Below, piece by piece: positions 11,800 to 25,235 of a DNA stretch of 64,000 nt. Within the stretch, counting starts at the first letter, position 1. Each line of letters starts with the position of its first letter. The position numbers were made by a program, and so were the translations under genes. This DNA is from Camelus ferus (Eukaryota): contig NC_045698.1 in the NCBI RefSeq assembly GCF_009834535.1, positions 14,200,001 through 14,264,000 of the forward strand, given 5' to 3'. The notes under the pieces are model-generated. The model was not told the origin of the DNA. It did no database searches and worked only from the letters and a program-made list of their open reading frames with translations.

Positions 11800-14700
11800 T
11801 CAACCTCTCGCCCATCACTATAGGAAGAAAGAAGGAATTGAGAAAAATGACAGAAAAGAGGTATAAATGTTTTAAAAAGCAGAAATTATGTCTGGAATGT
11901 TTATGCAAGATACTCATATTTTATAGTAGGAGAGAATCGGGCTCCCATTATATTAGTCACTATTACAAGGATATGTAAAAATATGAATAATTTAAGTGAA
12001 ACGATAATATTAAAGGAAATGTAATGCTTGTCATTCTCCTCTCCTTATGAAATTTCTGATTCTAGAAAGGGAAAAAGTAAAAATGTATCCATTGAAATAA
12101 TTGTTGTTCTTATGTTTTTGAGAAGGAATTAGAGAGAGGGAGGGAGGCAGGGAGGAAGGAAGAGAAAGAAAAAGAGGGAAAGAGATTAAACTTGCCACAG
12201 AAGAGAATTAGAAAGAGATTTTTATTAAAAATGTAAATGAATTCCCAGGGTTTTGAATGTTCAGTGACCTTGACTTTGCCTGGACTGGTGGTCATTACAC
12301 AAAACAAAACAGAACAACTTTTTCTTACATGTTGGAAAATTGGATCTAAAATTAGAGAAATGGTGTCAACAGCAGAGCAAGAAGATTGAGGAAGTTAAGA
12401 GTAGGTGCCTGTAAGATCAGAAAGTAATTCTTCAGAGGTATTTATACATGAATAGATTAGACATGTGGTCCATCCTAAAGAGAAATGAAAGTGATGCTGA
12501 GCTAAAACAGAGGACACAAGCACAGGCCATAAATCTGAAACGCTCCAGAAGCATCTGACGTGACCTATTCAGTTTTTCCCATCTTTATACAAGGAAACTT
12601 TGCCATCGTTGGTGGCTCTCCCTTACTCCCGAATTAGACTAAAAGTTTGCAAATTTAGAGGATGAGAAGGATGATGAAGGGACAGGAAAAAAACAAAACC
12701 ACCTGCATAACTACTGGAAGGAGTAGGGTCAGAAATGACCATTTAATTTCTGGACAATTTAATTCCGTTTGTTCCTGTCAAAATCTAATTCTCAAAATAG
12801 TGAGAACACCTCTATTCATACAATAGATTGCTAACTTGTGTCAAAATTTACTCAACTCAGAAATGAGGGAACCAAACAGACAACTGAACTGGTTCAAAAC
12901 AGATGCAAAATAGTATGAAATTGTATAGTCAGTGGGGAAGAAAGAAATACTATGATATACTTTTACAGTTTTAGAGTAATACAAAATGTCTGGGCTTAAA
13001 TCATTTGTATAAAATTATATACTCTGCCCAATTATGTGAAGCCCCTATTTCCCTGTAAAAAAAAAAAAAATGTAATTAGCATGACATTATAGGTCAGGTA
13101 GTCAAATGTTTGCTCCTTTTCATATTTAGATGTAGCCGTCAATCGAAATATGTACACACACACTAGTCAATCTTTTGGCATTTTTTGTGTGATTGTTGTT
13201 GCTAATAGCAGTACAGAATGTAAATGGCTAGCTAGTTAAGAGAGTGGAGAATGTCGGAAACAATAAAAGCAGTTGGAATGCTATGCTTAGTTGAGCACAT
13301 GGAAATACTGGATTCTTCAGGGTTCAGGAATCACCACAAGAAATAAAACAAATAGCAAGGCAATATTCCGTAATAACTAGAGTCAACGCCTCTTGAAGGA
13401 TACACTCACAAAAGCAAACACAATCATATTTTCCAAAAATGAGTAATATAGTAGTTGAAGATGGTCACTTAATTTTTTCATGGTAGTATTGTTGAAACTA
13501 GTCTTTCCTACTACATTCTTAATTGCTTTTTTTTTTTCCTATCTGAAAAAGTAATAAAAATCACTTGTATGATCTGTATAAGAAAGTCCCATAAGGAAAG
13601 GAGGTGCTTATTAGAAGGACAGTAAACATCCTTTTAGAAAACCAGTGGTGCAGGAGAGCTTTGATGTTACTCTAAAACATACTGCTTTCTTTTAAGGAAA
13701 AAATAAAAAGTGGCATTTTTGCCCACGTCTGCCTTTGAATTCCTAGTCCCTTTAGAGACTCCTTGATTTATTTTCTTTTGAAAAATACTGTGTCTTCCAC
13801 TGGTCGTTCTCATCATTTCTCAATTGTCTCTCTTTTCTCTACCTCCATCCCTCCCTCATTAGAATTTTGAATTCTTTCTCCTGCAGAATCTGAGACCCTA
13901 AGCTGCTCTGCTTCTATTTTTCTGCCCAAGATCTTCTTCAGTTGCCCCCTCTCTCCTTTTTAGCAATTAAATTTGACCTTTTCAGAAGCTCAAATCATCC
14001 AAGATATTGCCCTTACTTTTTGCCCTTTTTGTGTCCCGAGCTTTGTCTCTGGAACTCTCAAATGGTAAACACTGCAGTCATCTTTAAAAAATGACACCGT
14101 TTGTCAGAATTGGAGTTGGAAGCTTTAATCTTTCTTAGTGATGGGTCATTTCCTGGGAGAACTGTCAAAGAGAATGCTTCACAGGTCTGATCGTGGTTGT
14201 CAATGGCAAAGTGAGATTCGAGGTGGCAGGGTGAGGGTCTCAGCCTCTCACCTCAGGCAGAGGCTGGCTAATTTGTGCCAAGGACAAAAGGGGGACCAAG
14301 GCTGATCTGTGTGAAACTTTAATTTGAAAAAGATTGACCATGAGTTCTCAGATTATTTTCCAAATTCCTATAGTCAAAGAATTTACAAATCATTGAGTAC
14401 CAGTAATGAAAACAACCTTAGAAATGCAGTACAAACTCTTTTTCAAACGATTTATCCTCCATGTTACATCCCTAAAGTGGCACTTAATATTTGATAGGCC
14501 CACTTCAAATTTTCATTATTTACCCATGCAGCTTCGGCCATTTCCATCGGACTGCACTTTTAGGTATCCTAGGTCTGCCTTCCATAACATCCACCCTTTC
14601 AGAGAACAATATTACTTCCCCCCAAGAAAAAAATTCAAATGATACCATTTCAACTGCTTTAACACCATTAACATTTCATCCATATGTATACACGTATCTA

Positions 14701-15059
14701 TCCATATGTTTATATATATGTATATATATTTTTTTCTTTTAATTTTTTATGACTTTTTTTCTCATTACTATTTTTAATCAAAGCAGATTTTGTTGGATTG
14801 CTTGGTCCAAAGCCTGGATGGTAGTTAGGGCTAAGTAAACACCTATTCTCTATTTCATCTACTAACAGAATTTTTGGTGTTGACTTGCATTAAGCTTACA
14901 AGTAATAAAATGGCTTGATTTTACTCTATAAACTACTCTTTCCCTCATGTTAAACCTGAATGACTTAAGGATGTGGCTGTGTTAAATCCTTCAAGTTTCT
15001 CAGGCCAATTTATTGAAGGGAGGGTGCCTTAACTAATCTCTCTCTCCACCACCCAGTAG

Positions 15060-15715
15060 CTTCCTAATTTCCCTGCTTCCACTGTCTCCGGTTCTATCTC
15101 ATCTTGGCATGGCAGCTACAGGGATCCCTGTAAAGCAGCCCAGATCACTCTTTAGCTGAAAACCATCAGAAGCCAAAAGTCCTCCATGGTGGCCCACAGG
15201 CCACTACAGGATCTGAGCTCCAGTGACTTCTCTGACCTCCCGTCTTGCTACAATACCCGCCATACACTCCATCCCCACCACGCACGCCTCCTTGCACGCC
15301 CAGGGACTCACCAGATCTATGTCCCTCCCCTTAAGTCCCACTCTAGCTATTTCTCTGTTGGGAAACGTTTCTTTCAAGTATCCACATGGATTAGTTCTTC
15401 CTCCTGCCCAACTTCTTGCTCAGTCGCTACCTTCTCAGTGAGAAACCCCTCCACTCTGGTATTTAACACCACAGCCGGCAGCTCTATAGTTGCCCTTGGA
15501 CCAACCCTCATGTCACTTACTCTTCTCTACATTTCCCCTATGTGCTATTATCATTTCCCAGATAGTGCATGCTATGCTTATTGTTCACTTTCTGTGTCTC
15601 CCATGTAGAAGAGAAGATCCATAGTTCACAAAAGCAGAGACAGCTGTTCCTATGCGCCACCGATGGAGTCCAAGTCCCGGAAATAGTCTCTGAAGCTCTG
15701 TAGACACACGGTAGT
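15060..15715 (+). mobile_element. L2 LINE 3' fragment
   Basis: Pyrimidine-rich L2 motifs (ggcccacaggccactacaggatctg, accttctcagtgag, tctgtgtctcccatgtagaa); explains the 140-aa ORF at 15186. Confidence 0.8.
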
Positions 15716-15734
15716 TGTTGTTGTTGTTGTTGTT
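15713..15734. repeat. (GTT)n microsatellite
   Basis: Directly visible run of gtt units at the L2 tail. Confidence 0.9.
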
Positions 15735-16520
15735 AATCCAGATTCATTTATTCTTACCTAGTTTTACTTTTGTTCAGTTCTTTCAATCATTCAAGTCTAT
15801 GAAGGGCATTTGATTTTTTGATCTTGTCATGCAATATATAAGATAAACCTAGCAATGCTATTTAACTTGGATATCTTATATACATGGTTTCAACAGAACT
15901 TGCTCTTAAGAATTCTGTTTCTCACAGCCAAGGCCAAGTATAGAGCTGTGCACCATGCACATGTTAATCAAGTTGGCACTGTTCCTATAAGCAATCTTTT
16001 ATGGATATTTCATTAAAATAGCATATTTAATGATCAGTGCAGTTGCAATCCGCATTTCTTTAAAATATCCCCAAATTATTTTGAGAAACTCTATCAGCTG
16101 CATGACTGAACCCAACATATATTATGTCTGCACTTTAACTTCATTTTACCAGGTCCGTGATTACATTTCTTTTTCAGTTTGATACAACTGATTCATGGTG
16201 ACATTTAAAAATTATCATTACGTTTTTTTTTTTTTTAAGTTCACAAATGCACTGCGGATTAAAAAACAAACAAACAAAAAACAAAACAAGACAAAAAACC
16301 TTTGATACACAGTGACTGGAATCCACTTCTCTATGCTTTAAAAAACAGGCAATCTTGTGTTAAAGTCTGGGCTTTTTTTCCTTCTCATTTTTTTTTAATT
16401 TCTTTTTTCTTGCAGTGAGTATTTAAAAATCATATACACATTTTTTTTTAGAATTATAATCCTGAAGTTTTAAACTATGGCAAGCAACTGGAGGACCCAG
16501 CTTCCTAATTGTGAGCTCAT
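15730..16520 (-). other. Candidate terminal (3' UTR-like) exon or conserved non-coding block
   Basis: Strong minus acceptor tcttttctcttcttctag|A at 16521/16520; repeat-free; minus AATAAA at 15747-15752; TGTATATA at 15877-15884. Confidence 0.25.
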
Positions 16521-16673
16521 CTAGAAGAAGAGAAAAGACTAGATTAAGATTGAAAAAGCTTTGTTTTGCATTTTTTGTGTCACCACTTAATGGCCCTGCG
16601 ACTTGGAAAATGTCTTGAGGTACAACTTCTTTCATGAAAAGACAGCAAGTGATATTCACTCAGTTTATCTCTC

Positions 16674-16684
16674 ATGAGTCAGCA
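16674..16684 (+). promoter_or_regulatory. Consensus CNC-sMAF (NRF2/BACH/NF-E2) element with AP-1 core
   Basis: ATGAGTCAGCA followed by an A-rich flank; motif only, function not shown. Confidence 0.4.
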
Positions 16685-18649
16685 AAAGCTAATGGATACA
16701 GATGCACATCCGCACAAACCATATTAAGGCAAGAATTTAGTATTATAAGTTCTTGGAAGGAAGGGCCCTACATTATTTATTGTCACATTTCCTATTTATC
16801 TGAAAGAGTATGAAGGTTGATAATCTAAAAATATGTGCTGAACTGTAATGCATTACATTCTGTGATCAAAATTCCATTTTTATTATTTACCTCTTTGATG
16901 CAACTCAACAAATTTGGGTGAAGCCTCTATGAAGGTCAAGTACTAATAGATATTCATCCTTGAGTAGTTGAAAGAGAAGTAAAATGTGAAAGAAGGAGAC
17001 TAGTGAGAGCTTCCTTCAGAAGCTTGGAATTGTACAGGAAAGCGAGCAGTATCATAGTTCTCTACGATGTGCACCTTCATGTTCTAGTATCATCTTTCAG
17101 ATAAGGAGAATTTTGTGTAGTGATGAAAACTTATATGTCCAAAAGTGTAAAGATATTCTGTCAAAGTATGTTGGTATCAGCTTGACTCTGATTTTAAATG
17201 GGATGACTTCAGAAAGTAAATAACTTCCAATATGACAACAATTTGATAGTTGATAGACTCCAAGACAATGTGAATCCACATTTACCCTTAAAGAATGAGT
17301 AAGTATTTTCTGGTTATATATTATTGCACTCTATCATCTCAGTTAATTATTTATTTCCTACATACGAGATAAGGCTTTAAAACCCTGTTATCTTACATAA
17401 AACCCTGGGATGAATTCAGGGAACATATGATATGCCACAATAATTTCTCTGTAAATTAATCAACATAATCTATCATGACATGTGCTTAAGTCTTACCCTA
17501 ATATACCAAGACTCATGGAAAGCACATTTGTTCAGTAGTGCATTAATAGCTAGCTGCACTATGTCCTCCAACAAAAATCAACTAAAATAATACAGATAAC
17601 AAACAAATTTTATGATTAGTAAATGAGGTCAGAAGTTTTCATATTTTTATAACTACTTTATCAAAATCAGGGAATCCCTTGAAAAACTTTAAAAATATCT
17701 CAAAAGCATTATTTAAAGTTAAAATTAAGTTTCTGTCTGTGGTGGTAGACCAGTTATCCTATTTAAATTTTTGTAGATGTTAAATGGTTTGATGGAATGT
17801 AAGACATTTGTGTCTACTTTAAATACATGATTGAAGTTCTGATGGGCAAAAAAATGGTGGTCTGAATATAAAAATAATGGATCATTACAATGTACTAACT
17901 TATAACCAGTTTTCTGTGTTACCTTTTCCAACACACAAATAGAAAGAGATAAACAAAAAAGTGAAAGAAGAAAAAGGCTTATAAAAGACCAATCATATTA
18001 AAGTACCTCTAGGTTAATTATCTTCCTTTTTCCATTACATTCAGCGAACAGTCATTTCAACATTATAGGGAATAAGAGGCCTAAGAAATGGCAAATTCTG
18101 CATTAGTAGATCACTTTTTGGTTCTAGTTTATCTCTCAAAGCTCATTTTAAAGTAGTTGCAGACATAACATCAGAAAATATTTTCTATACTATGTTTGCA
18201 ATACCATGCCCAAACTCTCTGGTTAGTATCTTGCTATTTTTAAGTTTGAAAGTTATAATTCACAATATCATAGAAAAAATCCTATTTCACCTTTGATACA
18301 AATTCGATAATTTATATTACCAAGAAATTACAAGCAAACTAATCATTTAATTTAAGTCCTTTTGAATAACCAGTAATAGAAAGAGATGACAATTCTTTGA
18401 GCACCATGTAGTAAACAAGTGCAGGTTACAGATGGATAGTAAGAGGCACCAGTTTTGGTCCCAGCTGTACAGTTAATATCACTGCTGTCACTACCATTGA
18501 CTCCTCTAAAATCCCCATTTGTGCAGAGAAGATTCACAAAAGTTATTCTTTATCAAATAATACATATCAGAGAAGATATATAACTATACTTTCTCATCTT
18601 TGAAATTAAGGGGCAGAGAACAAAGCAAACATATACATACACAACCATA

Positions 18650-19280
18650 GGGGGATTTCATGCAAGACAAAAATATCATTTCAAAGCAAAGGGGAAAAGA
18701 TAAATCATTTCAAAATGGTGTTGTGACAACTGGTTAGTCATCTAGAAAAATAAGGTTACTACCTCAAACATGATACAAAAATAAATTCTGGAGAGACTGG
18801 AAATTTAGACATACACATAAGATGTGCTTGAAAAACCAACAGGAGAAACTTGTGGCTTTAAGTCAAAAATAACATAATAATTTTAAATGGGAAAACACAA
18901 ATGAAAATATGGATAAATCCAAGTATATAGAAAATAAATATGTATAAAAAGCAACAATAACAAAATAAAGTCAAAGTAAAAACATAAACTAGAGAAATAT
19001 CTGCAGTTCATCTCATGGACAAATTGCTAACTATCTTAAAACATAAAATTCCTTAAAAAAAAAACAGGAAAAATTCAAAACTCGATATAAAATTGTGCAA
19101 AGAATATAAAGATTTCACCACAAAAGAAATGTAAAATCTTATGAAGAGATGTGGAACCTCAAGCATTATTAGAAAAATTCAAAATTAAAACCATGGCAGA
19201 CTTCTCGCTTATTTAAATTGGCAAAGATAATTTTTAAAAACTATGTTGGTAGTAAAGCATGAAGAGAAAAATTCTCATAT
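18650..19280 (+). mobile_element. Old L1M fragment (ORF2 end / 3' UTR)
   Basis: aaatggtgttgtgacaactggttagtcatct, acaaaaataaattc, atgaagagatgtggaacctca, aaattggcaaagat. Confidence 0.75.
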
Positions 19281-19297
19281 AAAAATTCCTCAGTTTT

Positions 19298-19453
19298 GGA
19301 GGTAGGGTAAAACTCAGTGGTAGAGCACATGCTTAGCATGTACAAGGTCCCGGGTTCAACCGCCACTACCTCCATTAAAACTAACTAACTAATTAACTAA
19401 CTAAACCTAATTACCTCCTCTCCCCCCAAAAAAGGTCTTAAAAATTAAAATTA
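19298..19453 (+). mobile_element. Camelid tRNA-derived SINE (Vic-1 type)
   Basis: A box (ctcagtggtagag), B box (gggttcaacc), aaacctaattacctcc tail; 17-bp TSD aaaaa(t/a)tcctcagtttt at 19281-19297 and 19454-19470. Confidence 0.92.
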
Positions 19454-20229
19454 AAAAAATCCTCAGTTTTAATTTTTAATACAATACATAGCAACAGAGT
19501 AAGTCCATACAAAGAAAGGCTCTTCAGAGACTTCAACAATTTTTAGAAATATAAAACGGTCCTGAAACCCAAACGTTTAAAAACCACTGGCTAGAGTAAA
19601 TCTGTATCATATTAATCTCTTGTTGTTATTAAGGAGAAAGATAATATCAATAAAGATCACTTCTAGACGTGTGAAGATAATAGGGTTGGAAGATGGTGAG
19701 TATTGGTAAATTAACACAGTAGATGAATCATTTTTCTCTCAGTGAATTGTTACAAGCAATCACACTCTTCAAGGAGAGAGTGTTTTTTTTTTCTTCCAGA
19801 GTAATTAATCTCATTTGTCTAATATAAAACTGCCAAGGAAATAGTTCAATAGGGGAGAATAAACAAAAAACATTTCTTGTTCTATTCATATTTCAGATGT
19901 GTTTTGCTTTAGCTCGGTCTACCAGAGCAGCATTAATACTTCTCTCCATCAAGTTGTGATATGGTTAAATGAGCTTGAAATTACTACAAAATGGTGCTTT
20001 TAAAAATGATCGAAATGTTCACAAATGCTAAATACAGAAGCATCAAACTTTTTTTCAGTTAAAGAATTTTGTGCCTATTATGGGAGATTAAGCCTGTCAT
20101 GAGCATCAGATGCTATCATGTAGCTTGATATTATATCTTTGATCCTGTCAGATCTAAGTTTTTGACATAAAAAAAAAAACAAAACCCTCCTCCCTTTGTT
20201 GTTAACAGATCCTTGTTGACTTGTGACGA

Positions 20230-20420
20230 AAAAATGTAAAATCACTGAGAGGGTCTGTACTACTTTGGTGAATTTACTTTTAATCTTACTTCTCTACCTG
20301 GGAATAGTCCTTTCATCTTGGGAAATTTGTTTAAACTCTTTAAACTCTCTGTGCTTAATTTTACTAGCCTTTGAAACATTTATTTTACCATTATTCTCCT
20401 GACGAATACATGAATAATTA
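20230..20420 (+). mobile_element. MIR SINE, decayed
   Basis: tcttgggaaatttgtttaaac...ctctctgtgcttaatttt. Confidence 0.55.
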
Positions 20421-20689
20421 TTAAGGAAGCAAAAAAAGAAGCATTATATGTCTTTTTCTTTGTATCATTAAAAATGTTCAAGATGCTTCTGCATTGTGAG
20501 CTATTTTTAGGGGAAGGAGAGAAAATTGATTTACCCCAAGTAAATTCCAGATTGCTATATTTTTAAGCCATTGGTAAACTACCCCTTTGCAATTTTTTTT
20601 TTTTTACACATAGATTTAGTGGCAGTTTTAATATGAATTCTATAGCAGTCCTTTAATAGTAAAGTACCCTCTACTTGGCTCTGGGTAGA

Positions 20690-21005
20690 CTGCGGCTGCT
20701 TTGAGCCACAGTGCACAGAGAAGGTGACTTACAAGTCTAGTTCTGGGACGTCTAATAAGCAGCTTCCTCTCTGCTCTTTGAGCCCTTTGATGTAAATCCT
20801 GGGACTCCTGTGATGCAAGGTGGCCCAAGTCACATGACAAGGCCATGTACCGGCATTCCAACTAACAGACCCCGATGAACCCAGCCTTCACGTTGTCTCA
20901 ACTCTGATTTCCTGACCACAGAAACTGTGGACATAACAACAGTGGTTGTCGCCTTACACTAATAAGCATGGATTGTTTTGTTACACATCAATAGATATCT
21001 AAAAA
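20690..21005 (+). mobile_element. ERVL-MaLR LTR fragment (MLT1H/I-like)
   Basis: cccaagtcacatg...aggccatgta, atttcctgaccacagaaactgtg, ttgttacacatcaatagata. Confidence 0.75.
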
Positions 21006-23097
21006 CGTTCTTTGTCGTAAACATCTTAGTTTCTTATATATGAGTTGAATCCGCTTTCCCTTTGTTACTGAAATTCCAACTTCACACATACAGGAGAAAA
21101 AAATGCAGAGCTGATGATTCTAGATTCTGTAGCCTAATGAAAACATAAGAAGACATCCTCATAGACCAGTTATGAAAAAGCTGGATAGTCTTTTCATCCT
21201 CATCACATATCTCTAACTCAGGCCAACGAACTGAACTGGATAGTATATAAGCTGACAGTGTAGTTATTTGTAAAGCCCTAAATATCATGCTCAAAACCCT
21301 TTATCCATCTGAAGCCATGCTTAAAGGATTCTCTATTGTATCAGAATGTTCTCTTCTCAAAAGGACAGCTCGTGAAAGCTTCACATGTAGACTACAGACC
21401 ATAGACTCCTGACAAGTGCCTGAAGCTGTTGTTCACCTCCTGTGCAAAAGTGGCTGCAGATCAAGGGCCACACCAGCTCTCAGGGAGACTCAGGATTGTA
21501 AGACTTGTGTTCTGTGCTGAACAGGCAAGAAGAGTATGCTTCAGAGTGAGACTAATAAAACAATGATTTTCTTGGGGGCATTATCCAGTTGGTTCACATT
21601 TTATTGTATGGAATATAACTTTCTTATGCTGAATAAAGCTATAAGTATAATGGTTTTTCAATCATGATTTTATAACACTTACAAACAGTAAAAAATAATA
21701 CCCTTCATTGTAAGAGAAACGATAATAGGAGAGGTAAGCTTCCAGACGTATGTATGCGCTTTTGATACCGGATTCTTTTCCCTAAACCAACAATCCAGCA
21801 TCTGTTCTCTCCTCTCTTCCCCTACTCAGGTTTACTCTCTACTTTTAAAATAGCCCCTAGCATTATTTTCTATTTCCCCATTATTTTTATATTCTTCAAG
21901 TTACAGCAGCTTGCATTTTGATTGGATGTTAGGAACCATCTAATAATTTAAGGTTAAAATCCAGCTAAGTATAGGAAGCAAAGAAATAACTTAGATGAAG
22001 GCAGCTGGGTGAGCAGAAGAAAACCGAGGAGGTGACTGAAGAGAAGTGGGGGGCCGAAGCAGAATCTAAAAATCGACAAGCACGCACATCCAGCACTCGT
22101 CAAGGGGACTCTGTCTCGAACACTTCCCATATGCTCTCTCTGGGTCTGGCTCTCTGTGTGTAAAACCATCCTGCCAAGACTTGTAGGGGATTTAGGGACT
22201 CACATCTTTGCTTTTAACGTCATTCGTAAGATATTTTAAATAATTTTTAAAGCTATAATAAAAATAAAATGTCAAATATGGTTTATACTAAGTTAATACG
22301 TGGGCAAACATTGATTCACTGTGAATTAATTCCAGTTAACTTACTTTGTGCTGACCATGGAGTAGAGCTGCTTCAACCATCCCCCTTTAATTGTATCCTG
22401 AGTTTGCTAAGTATGTTCTTAAAACGCTGACTACGGGTAATTACTTCCGTTTTGTAATTACAATTTTCTCAATTTTAAAAAGCAAAGCAAAACAAAGCAA
22501 AAGGAGACTTTGGAGACTAAAGTTAACACAAGACTAACATTTTTGCTCATAAGCCTCAGTTTTCAATTTTTATGTCAATCAAAACAGACTCATTTTTCTA
22601 ATTGAATGACTATGAATTATAGGTAATAAAATTTTCTCTCAAGTATGATTTTATTGCTTCAATTTATTTTCTATGTAATGAGTCTACAAAAGATTTGGTA
22701 TAGCATGAGGTTTTCTTTTGCTACCAAAATGAAAACCAATGATTCAATTTCCAAATTTTATTTACTGTTTTTGGTACTTTTGTTTGTTTCTTTTTCTTTT
22801 GGAGAAGAGATGCCCAAGGATTTCAAATTTTCATGATTAGGAATCAAGTTAATTATTTAAAAAATGTTATAAAAGTAACTTTTACTTTCAAAACAGAAAA
22901 CATAAGCCTAAGCAAGGCCATATTTAAATGAAGGGGCCAAGTAGCTAGACCATACCCTGATTAACCTAAAAATTGTTTTATTCATTAAAAAAAGGAAGAA
23001 AAAATTAAATTGATTGCTGCAGGATGGTTTGTCATTTGGCACACTATTGGGAGTTTTATATCGAGTATTTCTTGTGTTTTGACTTCTCTAGAGTATA

Positions 23098-23850
23098 TAA
23101 TAACAACAGCTACTAATGGTTATTGGGTGCTAATCGTGTAATCAATAACCAAAGGGTTTATGATTTTACCCTGCTTCTGAGTTAAGTTAACCTGCTTACA
23201 AGTTTTCATAAATGGTGGCATATGACATGGGACCCCTAACTCAGAGACAAGGGGCATCATTACTCCAAACACAGCAAGTGACATAAGCTTCATATTCACA
23301 TTAGTTCCCCTTGCCCCACGGGTGTCACGGGGACCAGTGAACCAGCTCCTGTGTATGCTGCACCTGCATACACATACTAAGGGACCCCAAGTTTAGAAAA
23401 CCCCAATCTTTTAAAGCTGGCTCTTAGTAGACATGCTCAATCTTGCCCCAGCATGGAGACATTATCTTTATTACACTGCTCAGGAAATAAATCTTTTCTC
23501 TTCCTTAAAGAGAGATCCGATCTTTATGATCTATGGTCTATCTGTCTCTGATCTATGGTTTATATACAGATATCAGTGCTTTCTTGCTCACAAAATGTGC
23601 AGAAACATACACGACTCAAAGAGTTCTTTCCCCAAGTATGTTCCAGGTAGCATGCTAAGAAGTTTACGTGTAATAACTTGATTCATCCTCAGCAGACTCT
23701 ATAAGGTAGTTTTGACTCTTGTCCTCACCTTATAGAAAAGACTAAGTAACTCGCCCAACACTGGGTGCCCATCTGTGGGAAGGGCTTGGTGAAGTACTGA
23801 GTTCAACTTGGGAAGTCTCTGACTCTAGATACTAAACTCTTAACCTATAT
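23098..23850 (-). mobile_element. MIR SINE split by an LTR insertion
   Basis: Antisense MIR pieces 23098-23136 (ttattgggtgct) and 23637-23850 (tatgttccagg...tgctaag...taagtaactcgccca...tctgactctaga) join into a continuous element. Confidence 0.7.
23137..23636 (-). mobile_element. ERVL solo LTR (MER54/MER73/MER74 group)
   Basis: gattttaccct, tcagagacaa, agttccccttgcccc, ggagacattatct, gctcacaaaatgtgcagaaac motifs in antisense. Confidence 0.8.
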
Positions 23851-25082
23851 GGACTCTTTAAATATATAAATGCAGCCCATACCCTAACAATATTAATAAC
23901 ATAAAATATTGTCTTTAATATTAAAGATATATGAGTCTGAAACAAAGTATGAACACATAGACATAAGAAAAATTATTGATACATATTATTTTAGTAAAAA
24001 CACATTTTGGTGAATGCCACTGCAGGTTAGCTGCCTTCTAATGAAGGAATGAAATTTTGTCAAGACTATATATAAAAAAATATCTGACATGGATAAAGAA
24101 GCACTTGAGAAACTGAGTCTCAATGTATCCCTAAGAATACTGAACAACGTGTACGATACATATATTTATTAAGCTCGTAAACAAGTCACAAGCCTCTACT
24201 CTGTCTCTGACCCAAGAGATAACATGCCTTTTCTAAATTCTGCTTTATTCTGATTCTGAGCCTTTCAACATAGAATTTGGCTACTGAGCCTATGAGAGAT
24301 TTCATGTTTATTAAACCCATTCTATTTTATTGTGTTTATTTGAGATAAATCTATTTATTTACACAAGTTGCTCTTTGATCGTGCAGAGCTCCTAAAAACA
24401 CAGCATGCCAGGCCCTACGCTGCATGATTTATTGCCATGGAGAAGCTCAAGCAATATCCAAACACGGTAACAAGGACAAAGCTTCACTTCACTCCAGATT
24501 ACTTGCAAAGAACCCCCATGGCTTTCAGTGGCTGCGTTCCAAAGACACTTACACCAAATTAAATTGCAACCAAATATTGAAAACAAATATTATTGAAAGA
24601 GGGTTCGACTAAATATGCTGCTCACTAAGGTGTTTTTTTTTTCCTCAGTACTAGAAACTATTGATACGAATGCATTGATGTTTGTACGCAGTGAGAACAG
24701 GGCCAGGCATGGAAAGCTTTATGTAAAAATTATATGAGTTTGGTAAATAAAAGACAGGAACCCTAGACATTGGCAAGGCTATTTACTTCTGTATTTGATT
24801 TACAAATTTCCAAACAGTACATAAATTTTACATGGAAAGAAATGAACTATTTTCCAAAATGTTCCGTAGAACATGTATGTCCAAATACATGACACTTGCA
24901 TGCAAGGGCAGAATATATTTAAAGAAAGAAATGAACACTGGCTAAGAATAGCAAAAGAGAGCAAAATACTAGAAAGAGATGAAGGACTGGGCTTGGGAAG
25001 ACAAGAGTCTGAAGCTGGTATTGCAATGAATCGCCCGTCAGCTGAACGCAAACCTTGAAAACTCAGGATCTGTTAATAAACT

Positions 25083-25235
25083 TATTGACTGTTTACTGAG
25101 TTGTCAGGTTCTGCTAAGCTCTTTCCATGCATCACCCTGTTTAAGCTCACCACAGCCTTGTATGTGGGAACTATTATCCCACTGCATAGCCAAGTACATT
25201 TAGTCACAGGCAATTTCAGAAACTGAGTTGAAAGA
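25083..25235 (-). mobile_element. MIR SINE
   Basis: ttattga...tgctaagctcttt...actattatccca. Confidence 0.65.

Noticed and set aside
13880..13910. miR-125-like sequence (ctgagaccctaa)
   Set aside because: Only a 12-nt partial match with no hairpin partner; no known miRNA recognised in the window
19298..19375. tRNA gene
   Set aside because: A/B boxes are followed by a SINE tail and flanked by a 17-bp TSD; it is a tRNA-derived SINE
19381..19410. Cluster of ACTAAC motifs (QKI/branch-point-like)
   Set aside because: It is the simple-repeat tail of the SINE and lies on the strand opposite the inferred host transcript
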